This document shows, piece by piece, positions 19,483-28,573 of a stretch of 64,000 bases of DNA (positions are counted from its first letter, which is position 1; every line of letters begins with the position of its first letter). The notes beneath the pieces were generated by a model. The model had not been told where the DNA came from. It saw only the letters and a list, made by a program, of their open reading frames with translations, and ran no database searches. A program made the translations under genes and the position numbers. The stretch lies in sequence record LR756511.1. One strand, given 5' to 3'.

Positions 19483-19764
19483 TTAAATCTCCAAGAAGAT
19501 AGCCTTTAACATTACCTCATCCTCTGGTAATGGTCCAACTCCTAGAGAACTAGACGGTATTGAATGGTGGAATAGATCACCTTTAAACAGTGTAAAGAAC
19601 CCAGCCGAAGTCGGAACTTCAGCATCATCAATTAAATGACGATGCTCTAATGGCCCATCCGCTATTCCATAGCGGAATTCATCATTAAGCCGCACGTATT
19701 TAACGTTTGCGGCTTGTCCCTTGGAGATTATATTCTGAATGTCTTCAACGGTTATGCCTTTCAT
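19483..19764 (-). CDS. Hypothetical protein
   Basis: Abuts the AAA gene. Confidence 0.55.
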   Translation of the reverse strand: MKGITVEDIQNIISKGQAANVKYVRLNDEFRYGIADGPLEHRHLIDDAEVPTSAGFFTLFKGDLFHHSIPSSSLGVGPLPEDEVMLKAIFLEI

Positions 19765-20009
19765 TTTGCCTCCCTTGCCAAACGAAAGTCTTCAAGACAT
19801 TTAGCACAGTGGACAGGCCAGTTGGCATGATCGCTGGTTCGATCTTTAAATTCGCCATGAATATTAACGAAGTCTGTCCATTCCGCAGGCTCGGTCCATT
19901 CTGCCCCGCATTTTTCACATTTCCATTTATAAACACCATCCACGGACGGTGTTCGATTAACCGCTTCTGCTACTTCCTCACGAATGCGCCAGTCTGGTTT
20001 TGTATCCAT
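19761..20009 (-). CDS. Small Zn-finger-like protein
   Basis: CEKC...HCAKC. Confidence 0.55.
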   Translation of the reverse strand: MDTKPDWRIREEVAEAVNRTPSVDGVYKWKCEKCGAEWTEPAEWTDFVNIHGEFKDRTSDHANWPVHCAKCLEDFRLAREAK

Positions 20010-20044
20010 GCAGCACCTTAACCGAAAAAGTTATTTTGTCAACT

Positions 20045-20734
20045 TCATTCCCAATATTTGCCCCAGCTTGTGCCAAAGAATTTTTGAATCCGTTTCAGAT
20101 AATCCCAAGTTTTTATCTTACAGAACCACAAGCCGTGTCCTTCGCCGCCCTTACAAATAACGCCTTCGTCAATTTCAGGAAATTGCTTTTCGCGGACCTT
20201 CTGTATAAACTCTTCGCTGAGTTTTCCAGTATAGATGACTTCCGCACTTCGCACAACCGAAAATTTCGAAATGAAATCTTTCGGGCTTAAGATTCCTTTC
20301 TTGTGAATATTCACATCGAAAAGCACTAATTCTTTTGGATCGTTGTTTTCAACTTCCAATATACCTGGATCATGAAGGCCAGCAAAGGAATGCGGCCCAA
20401 GGAATTCTAAGAAGGCGTACGCTCCCTCAGCCTTCGGGTAATGGTCCCTGATCGCCTTTGTTAGAGGTTCGGCGTGGGATTTTTCGAAGATTTGATATGT
20501 GCTGCCGAAGTTAGGATCGGATTCACCGAATAGACCACCACGGGTAGCAAATTTATGCCAGCCCCGCTTTGGACTCCATTCAATGCGTATTTGCGTTCCA
20601 TCGTATTTCTTGAACGCTATACATTCCTGTCCGATAAATTTCGTCAGAACTTTCGGTATAGATGGATAATCTTTCATATTAAGGAGGGAAAAAGATGGGT
20701 CTGGATTTCTCCAGACCCAAATTAAGTTACGCAA
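20045..20734 (-). CDS. RNA ligase 2-like nucleotidyltransferase
   Basis: KYDG (motif I), FLEF, LFDV, EGVICK, KIKT. Confidence 0.75.
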   Translation of the reverse strand: MRNLIWVWRNPDPSFSLLNMKDYPSIPKVLTKFIGQECIAFKKYDGTQIRIEWSPKRGWHKFATRGGLFGESDPNFGSTYQIFEKSHAEPLTKAIRDHYPKAEGAYAFLEFLGPHSFAGLHDPGILEVENNDPKELVLFDVNIHKKGILSPKDFISKFSVVRSAEVIYTGKLSEEFIQKVREKQFPEIDEGVICKGGEGHGLWFCKIKTWDYLKRIQKFFGTSWGKYWE

Positions 20735-21176
20735 CGTCGAACGGCATCGAGGTAGTAACTTCCGTTGCAGGAATAACCCCTGGTATTGCTACGTAATTGC
20801 CATGAGGATTTTCAGGGTAAATAGAATTTACAGGGAAAATATCACCCGATGGCGGTTCATGATAGAAATACCCGTTCTGGAAACTTTCGTAATTATAAAG
20901 GTAATTCTGAGGTGGCAACTGCGATGGAGCAGTAGCTACCAAAGTATAACCATCACCCGCAAGGCTAATTTGCAAGTTATTAAATACCGCAACGCCTGCG
21001 ACCGCATTTACAGTTAGAGTGCCCGATAGAACACCGCTGCTTGGATTCGTTCCAATCGAAAGTGTTACTGGATCGGTGCTTGTTGGATTGCCAATGTCAA
21101 CAACCACGCCGCCAAATGTGACGGAATTAGTTACTGCCGATGGCGATACCGAAAACTTCATATTCTTTTCCTCCAT
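20727..21176 (-). CDS. Ig-like (Big) domain protein
   Basis: VTLSI......LSGTLTVNAVAGVAVFNNLQI...G.GYTLVAT. Confidence 0.65.
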   Translation of the reverse strand: MEEKNMKFSVSPSAVTNSVTFGGVVVDIGNPTSTDPVTLSIGTNPSSGVLSGTLTVNAVAGVAVFNNLQISLAGDGYTLVATAPSQLPPQNYLYNYESFQNGYFYHEPPSGDIFPVNSIYPENPHGNYVAIPGVIPATEVTTSMPFDVA

Positions 21177-21192
21177 AAAAAGAAGTTAAAAG

Positions 21193-21211
21193 TATGTATT
21201 CTTATTAATTT
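21193..21211 (-). promoter_or_regulatory. AT-rich motif AAATTAATAAGNATA(C/T)ATA
   Basis: 17/19 identical to 41424-41442; both lie just upstream of ATG starts. Confidence 0.4.
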
Positions 21212-21613
21212 GTTTTTACATCCCTGCGTATAGCCTCATGCTCGCCTTTCGTCCCAAACGTTGTGCCAAACCGTTCTTGATAAACCTGATTCCAAATGTC
21301 TAACAGCCCACGTCCGATAATTGATTTGCCGTTATATTTGTTGTTTATATTAACTAGGTCAATACCTAAATCCATTGCAGTTTCGCAAAGCAGTTTTCTG
21401 GTAAGTAATCGTTCTCTATATGGTTTAAAGTATGGTCGGCGTTTGACAGCAACAGCTGCGCATAGACGAACGCGGCGTGATTAATCCTATGTAATAACCA
21501 TCATGGTGCGATGGTCCCCAAAACAAAATCATACAGTCGTAGGGCACATCAGCTACTTTTGGAACTTCGCCATATTGCCACTCCAACTTAGTAGGGTCAT
21601 CAACGTCGGGCAT
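21205..21613 (-). pseudogene. Possible frameshifted hypothetical gene
   Basis: ORF from 21613 appears to continue in the +1 frame near 21480 to a stop at 21205. Confidence 0.3.
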
Positions 21614-21803
21614 AATATCCTTTGCTCCACATATAAATAATGAAAGGTATAAAGCCAGCCATTTCCATGATGGCGCCTTGCGTCGTTAGATCATTTCTAT
21701 TCATAACAATGCCGACGCACATTGCTATCCAACCTGAAAGGCTTAAAAGGCCACAAAGAGTCAAACCAATAAGAAAGAGCAAAGTTTTAGTCGGTTTATT
21801 CAT
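21600..21803 (-). CDS. Small membrane protein
   Basis: Two hydrophobic segments. Confidence 0.55.
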   Translation of the reverse strand: MNKPTKTLLFLIGLTLCGLLSLSGWIAMCVGIVMNRNDLTTQGAIMEMAGFIPFIIYMWSKGYYARR

Positions 21804-22035
21804 GTTTCCGCTCCATATGTATCCATACCCAATGCTCGTTCCAACATTTCATTTCAATAATCCGCCAGCCCAGGCGATTCGCGGCGAGGGTCACTTGCTC
21901 CTGGTTTGCCGTAGTGATATAATCTTCAATTATATCTTCCTTCTGCATTCTAGCCCATAGCATTCCAAACTCAACACCATGAGCATAAGATGGACCTTCA
22001 TCCAAAAATGGACAAAGTAAGCCGTATTCAGACAT
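21796..22035 (-). CDS. Hypothetical protein
   Basis: Packed ORF. Confidence 0.55.
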   Translation of the reverse strand: MSEYGLLCPFLDEGPSYAHGVEFGMLWARMQKEDIIEDYITTANQEQVTLAANRLGWRIIEMKCWNEHWVWIHMERKHE

Positions 22036-22412
22036 CAGGGGTAAATCCTCAAGAGAAGTTTGGCTTGTTCCTGTGGCTCAAGCTTTGCAAGCTGACTAGA
22101 CAATTCATTAAATGCTGGCCGCTTCATATACTCACAAACAGTCGGCAGCATTCTAGCTCCGTGCGGAGAAACTTCGGTAGCTCTCCGCTGTGTTACCTCT
22201 ATGAATTTCTCTAGTGGTTCCTTCTTCATGTCACTACTACGTTCGATAGTAATGACAATCATGTTTAAATCATGAGGGCGGGGAATGCTTGTATCAGCAA
22301 GCCAATCGTCAATTTTAATTTGCTTGACGCCACACAAATAAGCCCAATCTTTACGATCAAAGACACCACTATCATCAAGAAGGCTTTTCAAAGCTTCGGC
22401 AAAGGGACTCAT
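22035..22412 (-). CDS. XRE-type helix-turn-helix protein
   Basis: FAEALKSLL...DWAYLCGV....IDDWLADTSIP. Confidence 0.55.
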   Translation of the reverse strand: MSPFAEALKSLLDDSGVFDRKDWAYLCGVKQIKIDDWLADTSIPRPHDLNMIVITIERSSDMKKEPLEKFIEVTQRRATEVSPHGARMLPTVCEYMKRPAFNELSSQLAKLEPQEQAKLLLRIYP

Positions 22413-22837
22413 CGCTGAATCTCCTCAACTAGACCCTTCTTAGGTCCAGTGGCATAAATTCTTTCGATAGCACGTTGGCCAGTAGGCGGCGCGGCTACGA
22501 TAGCGACCTTAACTTGCTTCCCGTCAATGATGCCTTCGAAGATAATGTTAATAAGAACATTTCTACGGAGGCAGTCGAAGTGAACGCGCGGCGGTTCATC
22601 AAAGCCAATCTTAGCGAATTTGCCAATGTTGAAATTGAAACCTGAATATACTTGTTCGCCGTCGTTCTTGCCGCCATGCACTTCTCGCACGGCAGGGAAA
22701 AACATAACTTCGTATTTGTTTTCCCCTACTTCGTTGATCTTACACGCGACACTACCTAAGCTTTGCCATGACTGAACCACGGCATTACTAAGCTTATGCA
22801 TAAATGGCAGTTCACTTGGGAAGAAGTAGCGTTTCAT
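22409..22837 (-). CDS. Hypothetical protein
   Basis: Packed ORF with ATGA overlap. Confidence 0.6.
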   Translation of the reverse strand: MKRYFFPSELPFMHKLSNAVVQSWQSLGSVACKINEVGENKYEVMFFPAVREVHGGKNDGEQVYSGFNFNIGKFAKIGFDEPPRVHFDCLRRNVLINIIFEGIIDGKQVKVAIVAAPPTGQRAIERIYATGPKKGLVEEIQR

Positions 22838-23075
22838 GATTTTGCTCCGTGTCTTTTAGAAAGTTTTCAACCATAGACCGTAAAGCAGCATCCGCATTTT
22901 CATGCGGAGTCAATTCATTTCGACCCAAGAACATTGCCAAGTGAATAGCGGTTTCTAAATGCCCACAACTTTGATGCCTGGATCGTCCTAAATTGTCCAC
23001 AATACAAATCTCATCTCCCTTTTTAAGTACTTTCCATATGCCGTTAGGGAGTGCGATTTCATGCTGTTCTAACAT
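22812..23075 (-). CDS. Hypothetical protein
   Basis: Packed ORF. Confidence 0.5.
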   Translation of the reverse strand: MLEQHEIALPNGIWKVLKKGDEICIVDNLGRSRHQSCGHLETAIHLAMFLGRNELTPHENADAALRSMVENFLKDTEQNHETLLLPK

Positions 23076-23108
23076 ACTTTACTACCTTTTTAAGAGTTGT
23101 GCAGGAAA

Positions 23109-23315
23109 TTATGCCGCGAGAATTGCCCTAACCACTGTTTCCTTAACACCTTTAGAAATTACCGCTGGAGAAACCATGTAAGAAATGAGTTTTCCTTTTG
23201 CCCATAATTCAGCAACGTCATATTCGTCCAGGGTGGCTTTGATTAGTTCAAGGAACATTTCGTAGTCTTTATCCAGACCACGGAAATCATCGCAGTTAAT
23301 CTTTGGGAGTCTCAT
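23109..23315 (-). CDS. Hypothetical protein
   Basis: GGAG ribosome-binding site. Confidence 0.5.
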   Translation of the reverse strand: MRLPKINCDDFRGLDKDYEMFLELIKATLDEYDVAELWAKGKLISYMVSPAVISKGVKETVVRAILAA

Positions 23316-23417
23316 TTTTCCACGTCTCCTTCAACGAAGGTATGACAACCTTGTGCATGAGAACAAAAATCACCACCAAGATGATAACCCCAATATACCA
23401 ACCTTTGTAGAATTCGC

Positions 23418-23864
23418 TCATAATGGTTCGTAGGCAACAACATGAACGTCTGGTAAATCCGCTGCGAATTTCTCGATTTCTTGCTTTACGTCCTTCCAAG
23501 CAAGACCGCCAAGACCGCACCCTAACGCACAAAGAGCAATAGATTTGATATCATTGTCTTTAATACTGTTCTTTAAAGACTCAAGCCCATGAGTGATATA
23601 CTCCATTTTGGATGGAGATAGATCGTCTTTGGTGGGAAAGTTAATAATGTATTTTGGATTGTCTGCGGGGTTCTTCCAAACATGCATATAACCAGGACGT
23701 AGTATTCCTTTATTGCATGTCAGAATGTAGTCCAGATTCATTTCAGGATAGCGACGTTTGAATGCTAAAGCTAATCCAGCACCCATAATACCAATACAAT
23801 TCACGGCATTGGTAATCGCTTCGCATCCTGAATCGAAAATATCACCTTTACGATATTCCAACAT
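23418..23864 (-). CDS. Macrodomain ADP-ribose hydrolase (DarG/TARG1-like)
   Basis: GDIF, NAVNCIGIMGAGLA, IINFPTK, ALGCGLGGLAW. Confidence 0.88.
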   Translation of the reverse strand: MLEYRKGDIFDSGCEAITNAVNCIGIMGAGLALAFKRRYPEMNLDYILTCNKGILRPGYMHVWKNPADNPKYIINFPTKDDLSPSKMEYITHGLESLKNSIKDNDIKSIALCALGCGLGGLAWKDVKQEIEKFAADLPDVHVVAYEPL

Positions 23865-23875
23865 GGGCGTCCCTT

Positions 23876-24163
23876 CTAGTTTGCTGCTTCACGAAGCCTA
23901 TCATAATCCTTGTAAAACTTAGCAAGGATTTTCAACAAAATAGTACCATTCTCTTCCGTTGTTACCCAGCCGACGAGCTTCCATTCTTTCTTGCTCTTGT
24001 TTCTAATCTCTTTGTCGCTTGGACTGTGGAGGATTTGCACCTTATTCTCTTTAGACATAACAACATATTTGGCATCTTGTCCAAATACATCGCAAAGATT
24101 TGTTCTCTTTGTCCGTACAATCTTACACACGCCATTACCATTAGCCTCTTGCTTCTTTGACAT
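23876..24163 (-). CDS. Hypothetical protein
   Basis: Packed ORF ending in TAG. Confidence 0.5.
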   Translation of the reverse strand: MSKKQEANGNGVCKIVRTKRTNLCDVFGQDAKYVVMSKENKVQILHSPSDKEIRNKSKKEWKLVGWVTTEENGTILLKILAKFYKDYDRLREAAN

Positions 24164-24166
24164 GGT

Positions 24167-24349
24167 TCACCTGTTAAGGATGTCGGTGCGTTCTTCGTAT
24201 TCCCAAATTAACTCAGTCAGCTTCTCAACTTCTGGTCCGTTAAGATCGTCCTTTGGATTGAACAAATGTTCATCCAAATAAGCAATTGCTTCATCAAGCT
24301 GTTCGTCAGTCTCCAGTCTTGGTAGTGCAAGTATTTCTTTCTTTGTCAT
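24167..24349 (-). CDS. Small acidic protein (HigA N-terminus-like)
   Basis: LETDEQLDEAIAYLDE...ELIWEYE. Confidence 0.45.
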   Translation of the reverse strand: MTKKEILALPRLETDEQLDEAIAYLDEHLFNPKDDLNGPEVEKLTELIWEYEERTDILNR

Positions 24350-24584
24350 CTTTTTTCACAATCCTATAACCGCCTTGCGTATCGAAGACAATATCTTCAG
24401 GCATCGCATACCGTTTCATTAATTCGATTGACTCATTCTCAAGAATCTCTACCTGTTTTCGAAGGTCTTTAATGAGCCTGCGTTGGTCATTAAAGACCAA
24501 CGTGCCGAAATACAAAAGAATGACAAATAAGATTGTCATGCCAATGAAGTAAGCATCAGGATCAATGCCTAAAGACTGAATCAT
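24306..24584 (-). CDS. Single-TM membrane protein
   Basis: Hydrophobic segment followed by a coiled coil. Confidence 0.5.
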   Translation of the reverse strand: MIQSLGIDPDAYFIGMTILFVILLYFGTLVFNDQRRLIKDLRKQVEILENESIELMKRYAMPEDIVFDTQGGYRIVKKDDKERNTCTTKTGD

Positions 24585-24598
24585 TAATCATTCCTTAA

Positions 24599-24796
24599 TT
24601 AAGATTCCTTTGTTTGCTGTCCTTTTAACCATTCTAGATAGTCTTTTTGACTTATCCCACGTCTCCAAAGTTCAGCCTGGATATTCTCCATCATTTTCAT
24701 GGAGCCAGTTTTTGCATAATGTCTTAATGTGGCAAATAATTGCTCATTTGGTGTATTGGTCTGTGGTCCGAACATAGCCCTCCTAATAAAAAACAA
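24599..24796 (-). CDS. Hypothetical protein
   Basis: Packed ORF. Confidence 0.45.
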   Translation of the reverse strand: MFFIRRAMFGPQTNTPNEQLFATLRHYAKTGSMKMMENIQAELWRRGISQKDYLEWLKGQQTKES

Positions 24797-25061
24797 TGCC
24801 TAAAACACCTTTCAGAGTATTTAACGTCCATCCCCAAAAGATTTTAGCACGATACCTAAAAGTAGTAAATGGCCCAAAAAATATCTGCTGCTCGACCGTC
24901 AGCTTACAGTGCCTACAACGCTTCTCCGACTCAAGATATGATTCTTGGCAATACTCACAAATAGTAAGTGCCACGTCTTCCCTCGCTTTCCTCTCAAAAT
25001 ATTCAACAATGTCTAAATAGGCTTCTCGATATCTTTCTTCTGTGTTATTGTATTTCTCCAC
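24783..25061 (-). CDS. Hypothetical protein with Cys motifs
   Basis: CEYC...CRHC. Confidence 0.5.
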   Translation of the reverse strand: MEKYNNTEERYREAYLDIVEYFERKAREDVALTICEYCQESYLESEKRCRHCKLTVEQQIFFGPFTTFRYRAKIFWGWTLNTLKGVLGIVFY

Positions 25062-25275
25062 AATCTTCCCTGTTATAAAACTTTGCCAATTTCACTTTTC
25101 GCTTTGTTAGAACGGCAATTTGATGCGCAAAAGGTCTTAAAGTTTCAAGACGAGTTTTATCCGATGCTATCATCGGCACCCATTGCTTTGTATATGGGTC
25201 TTGAAAGCCGCAAATTCCTTCTTCACCCTTCTCATCTTCACTGATATATGCCCAAACTTCTGTAATCAATCCCAT
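25045..25275 (-). CDS. Hypothetical phage protein
   Basis: ITEVWAYIS.DE.G.EGI motif. Confidence 0.55.
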   Translation of the reverse strand: MGLITEVWAYISEDEKGEEGICGFQDPYTKQWVPMIASDKTRLETLRPFAHQIAVLTKRKVKLAKFYNREDCGEIQ

Positions 25276-25443
25276 ACTCCCAAAACATAGCTAAGAAACA
25301 ACAATCCTACCACACTTCCTGCCGTTTGATAGAATATTTGCCAATTATGGTCTTGAATCGCCATCGCCATACTTGCGAAAGTCGCCATTACCGCCATAAA
25401 GACTGCCAAACATTGTAATAGTTTACGACCACTCATATGTTTC

Positions 25444-25477
25444 CTCCTAGAAAAATGTTATTCTATCTTTCTAGGAG
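25444..25477 (-). terminator. Hairpin after ArdC overlapping the next ribosome-binding site
   Basis: CTCCTAGAAA/TTTCTAGGAG 10-bp stem. Confidence 0.4.
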
Positions 25478-25484
25478 AAACATA

Positions 25485-26402
25485 TCAAGCCGCATTTTCA
25501 TCAAGTTGGTTGAACCTTTCTTCGGACAGTGAACTATATGCAAGAAGATGATCTACCGCCTTGCACGCCGACGCTGCAATTCGAAAAATCAAAGTTGGAT
25601 CATCTTGCATATAATCAACCCAATCGAGTCGGTATTGATTAAAATTGCGGAAGGCAACACTGTGCGGACATCCCAATTCTTCAACCATAAATGCCGCGCC
25701 AATTTCAGCCCTTAATTCCTTAATAGGATCGACCGTATCAGTGTCAAATCCCAATCGCGGCTCAGTCCAATGGATTAATTCATGGGCCAAACTTTCATAG
25801 TACCCAGGCAATCCGCCCAATCCAGCCTCAAATTCCTTTTTTGTTGGGAGGGTAATTGTGTCTGATCCATAGAAATAAGCGCATCTTCCGACGTTATTCT
25901 CCTGAATACAAGCGTGACTGGCGTGTAATACTTTTTCAGCCTTATTATAATCTGGCTTCATGATAGGATTAGGTAATAGTGATTCATCCGCCACCTTCAC
26001 CTGTTCAAGATTATAAACAACAGCAGGAATCAAATGCACGCTATTGGTTAAAACGTCAAGCTTATAAAATACGGTTTCCGTTCCCCACTCGCCCGCTGGA
26101 ACATTATCAGGACGGTCCTTTACAACCATTCCTAACGCTGTAAATTGTTCGACTGTTCCCCAAAGGTTACTTGAGTAACCACATCGTCTTGCGGCCATTT
26201 GAAGCAGAATGGCATTAACGCCAAAGAACTTCTTCTTGGTGAATACGTGGCGAGGAAACCCAACGCCATTGCCGCGACCAACCCAAGGCTTTTGCCAAGG
26301 CACTTCCTTAGACTGCAAAGCCTTAATGACTTGGTTGTTTATGTTACGACGTAAAAGATTACTCATCTCCTGCTTGCTTGGGGAATGTGTCGTTAAACTC
26401 AT
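25485..26402 (-). CDS. ardC: ArdC-like antirestriction protein (ssDNA-binding domain plus zincin domain)
   Basis: PWQKPW, F.GVNAILL, WGT..Q, VYNLEQ, YYESLAHELIHWT, ELRAEIGA. Confidence 0.85.
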   Translation of the reverse strand: MSLTTHSPSKQEMSNLLRRNINNQVIKALQSKEVPWQKPWVGRGNGVGFPRHVFTKKKFFGVNAILLQMAARRCGYSSNLWGTVEQFTALGMVVKDRPDNVPAGEWGTETVFYKLDVLTNSVHLIPAVVYNLEQVKVADESLLPNPIMKPDYNKAEKVLHASHACIQENNVGRCAYFYGSDTITLPTKKEFEAGLGGLPGYYESLAHELIHWTEPRLGFDTDTVDPIKELRAEIGAAFMVEELGCPHSVAFRNFNQYRLDWVDYMQDDPTLIFRIAASACKAVDHLLAYSSLSEERFNQLDENAA

Positions 26403-26754
26403 CTTCCACCTCTACATCCTTTTTTCCATATTTGGTGTAAATTCGTTCTCCTGTTTCAAGATCAAAGCCGATTGTTCCGTCTTCGGCATACAGATTCCAG
26501 TCACAAAGTAACACAAATTGCTCTGGATGATGCTCATTGTCCACACAGCTACGAGTAGTATCTACTTGCTCACCATCTGGTGTTGACGTAAATCGTTGTA
26601 CTGTGTCAAAGTCAACCACCTGATGAAGCGGATATGGTTTATCACCATCCGCTTGTGAAATCATAATTTGTGCGACCTGATCTAGCTGTTCATCCGTCAT
26701 GGAATCCAGCTTAGCCTTCAGATCACGATAGGTGAATTCACGATCTTCGTTCAT
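26359..26754 (-). CDS. Acidic hypothetical protein
   Basis: GGAG ribosome-binding site, packed. Confidence 0.6.
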   Translation of the reverse strand: MNEDREFTYRDLKAKLDSMTDEQLDQVAQIMISQADGDKPYPLHQVVDFDTVQRFTSTPDGEQVDTTRSCVDNEHHPEQFVLLCDWNLYAEDGTIGFDLETGERIYTKYGKKDVEVEDEFNDTFPKQAGDE

Positions 26755-26765
26755 TGCCTATCTCC

Positions 26766-27875
26766 TTATGCTGCCAAATCCAATTCGTCCATACTAAGAT
26801 GCTTGATGCTACGCTTGTCTAGCTCAGCAACCCCAGCCTTAGTGATACAATACCCACGATTATCAACGGAAACCATTGGTTCCTGATCGTCCGTAGCCGC
26901 CAGCAGCCACGGCATGATAAACTTATCCAATTCTTCGTGCTTAACGCCAGCGACAACTGGCAAATTCTTTGCACTAATCGGACCCTGCCCAAGTGCCTTG
27001 AGAATTGCGAGCCGCTTGTAGGACATTCCAAACGGATCAATTTCATTATCGCTCGCAACCTTGTGGGCGACATCCTTCCAGCTTTGGCAAGGATTCATGT
27101 TATATTCCAGTCGCATTTCACGCGCAAAAGCCAACGCTTCACGCGGAACGCGATTGCAGAAATGAGCGACGAGACGGCATGTAGCCAAATCCCAATCATC
27201 ATTCTGAACCTGGATAATCTTTGCTACTTCTTCCTTTGTATAAAGATTAAGAACACACTTGGTAAAACGAGTATCAAATGCATCAAACAGCTTGCCCCGT
27301 TCGGTAGTGGCAATCATCCAATGCACATTCTTACAATTGATACGAACGTTTCTTTCCGTAACAAGCATAGCATCATTGTGTTCTGTCGCCTTAAGCAAAC
27401 CTTGCACGATTGGCCCAGGCAAAGCATGGACTTCATCAATGAAAATATTGATTGGCGGGAAAAGGAAGTCATAACTGCCCTCCAATTCCACCAACGGAAC
27501 CGATGGATTCCACCGCGAGCAAACCCTAGCAACTTCTAAGAAAATATCATGAACTGTCTTCACCGATTTTGGTGAAATTTCGATTAAGGGCAATTGATTT
27601 GCTGCGGCATGACGGCGCGCAAGATCGGTCTTACCGCAGCCCGCTTGTCCGATGAAGGCGATAGAAAGGTCATTACAAACATGGTTGTAACGACCTTGTG
27701 CCTCAAAATCAATGCGGATAAGCTTGTCTACGGCACGGCGATTGCCGATGAAGCCGAAGTAAGGCGAGATCGGATTGGATGGGTCTAGAAAACGACGACG
27801 CTCATCCGCGTCGGGCGCTTCCTTTATGCGGGAATGGCTTGAGCCAAAGAAAATAATCTCACGTTGACCGCCCAT
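26766..27875 (-). CDS. ruvB: RuvB-like Holliday-junction branch migration ATPase
   Basis: FIG near N-terminus, GQAGCGKT, FIDEVH, IATT..GKL..AF..RF, C-terminal winged helix with RG...T..G. Confidence 0.75.
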   Translation of the reverse strand: MGGQREIIFFGSSHSRIKEAPDADERRRFLDPSNPISPYFGFIGNRRAVDKLIRIDFEAQGRYNHVCNDLSIAFIGQAGCGKTDLARRHAAANQLPLIEISPKSVKTVHDIFLEVARVCSRWNPSVPLVELEGSYDFLFPPINIFIDEVHALPGPIVQGLLKATEHNDAMLVTERNVRINCKNVHWMIATTERGKLFDAFDTRFTKCVLNLYTKEEVAKIIQVQNDDWDLATCRLVAHFCNRVPREALAFAREMRLEYNMNPCQSWKDVAHKVASDNEIDPFGMSYKRLAILKALGQGPISAKNLPVVAGVKHEELDKFIMPWLLAATDDQEPMVSVDNRGYCITKAGVAELDKRSIKHLSMDELDLAA

Positions 27876-27901
27876 AGGTTTACCCCTTTCTACAACCGTG
27901 T

Positions 27902-27913
27902 GTACAGCTGCAA
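27902..27913 (-). promoter_or_regulatory. Motif copy upstream of ruvB
   Basis: GTACAGCTGCAA. Confidence 0.55.
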
Positions 27914-27921
27914 CTTAGGGT

Positions 27922-28516
27922 TTATCCAATCTGGAACAAATCGTCAGCCTCATAATCAATAAAACCACGCGGTTCTTTTAAAACTTGATCCATTGGCTGA
28001 ATTGGGTCCAACCCATCATTAATTCTCTTTACCATTCGGTCATAAAGAATAATGTAAACCGCCGCCGCCAAATTAACACAATGAGCAGTTGGAATTACCA
28101 CAAAACGGTGACAATGCCGTAGTAATACTTGGTCAATGGAACCGTCTTCTGGACCAAAGACATAGAGAGCCTTTTCAGGGTGAACGAAATGCGGTAACAT
28201 TTCCGCATTCTTTCTCAATTCCACCGCAACTGGCATCATCATCAAACTGCTCAAAAAAGTAATCAAAATTCCTTAGCTCAACGTCCTTGTAGCCCTTCAT
28301 TCGTTCTTCTCGCGGCAAACGATATCCTTTTTCTCCACTAGGAGTTAAGGACACACGATTACCAGAGAACCACAATTGTTTAACGCCAAAACAAGAGCAA
28401 GAACGAAGTACCGCGCCTACATTGCGAGGGTATTTTGGATTAACCAAAGCAACGGCTGGTGTTGCACCCTCTTTTTTCTTATTCTTGCCCCAAACGGCTG
28501 ATTCTACTTGATTCAT
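27922..28516 (-). pseudogene. SpoU/TrmH-family RNA methyltransferase split by a +1 frameshift
   Basis: N-half (LVNPKYPRNVGAVLR.C..FG) and C-half (VAVE...F.HPE..LYVFGPEDGS, CVNLAAAV) lie in different frames, crossing near 28230-28260. Confidence 0.8.
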
Positions 28517-28531
28517 AATTTATCCTATAAA

Positions 28532-28566
28532 AATACCAGGGTGTGTTTTAGTCACACCCTGGTATT
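28532..28566 (-). terminator. Hairpin after the sigma gene
   Basis: 14-bp stem AATACCAGGGTGTG/CACACCCTGGTATT. Confidence 0.7.
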
Positions 28567-28573
28567 ATACAAC

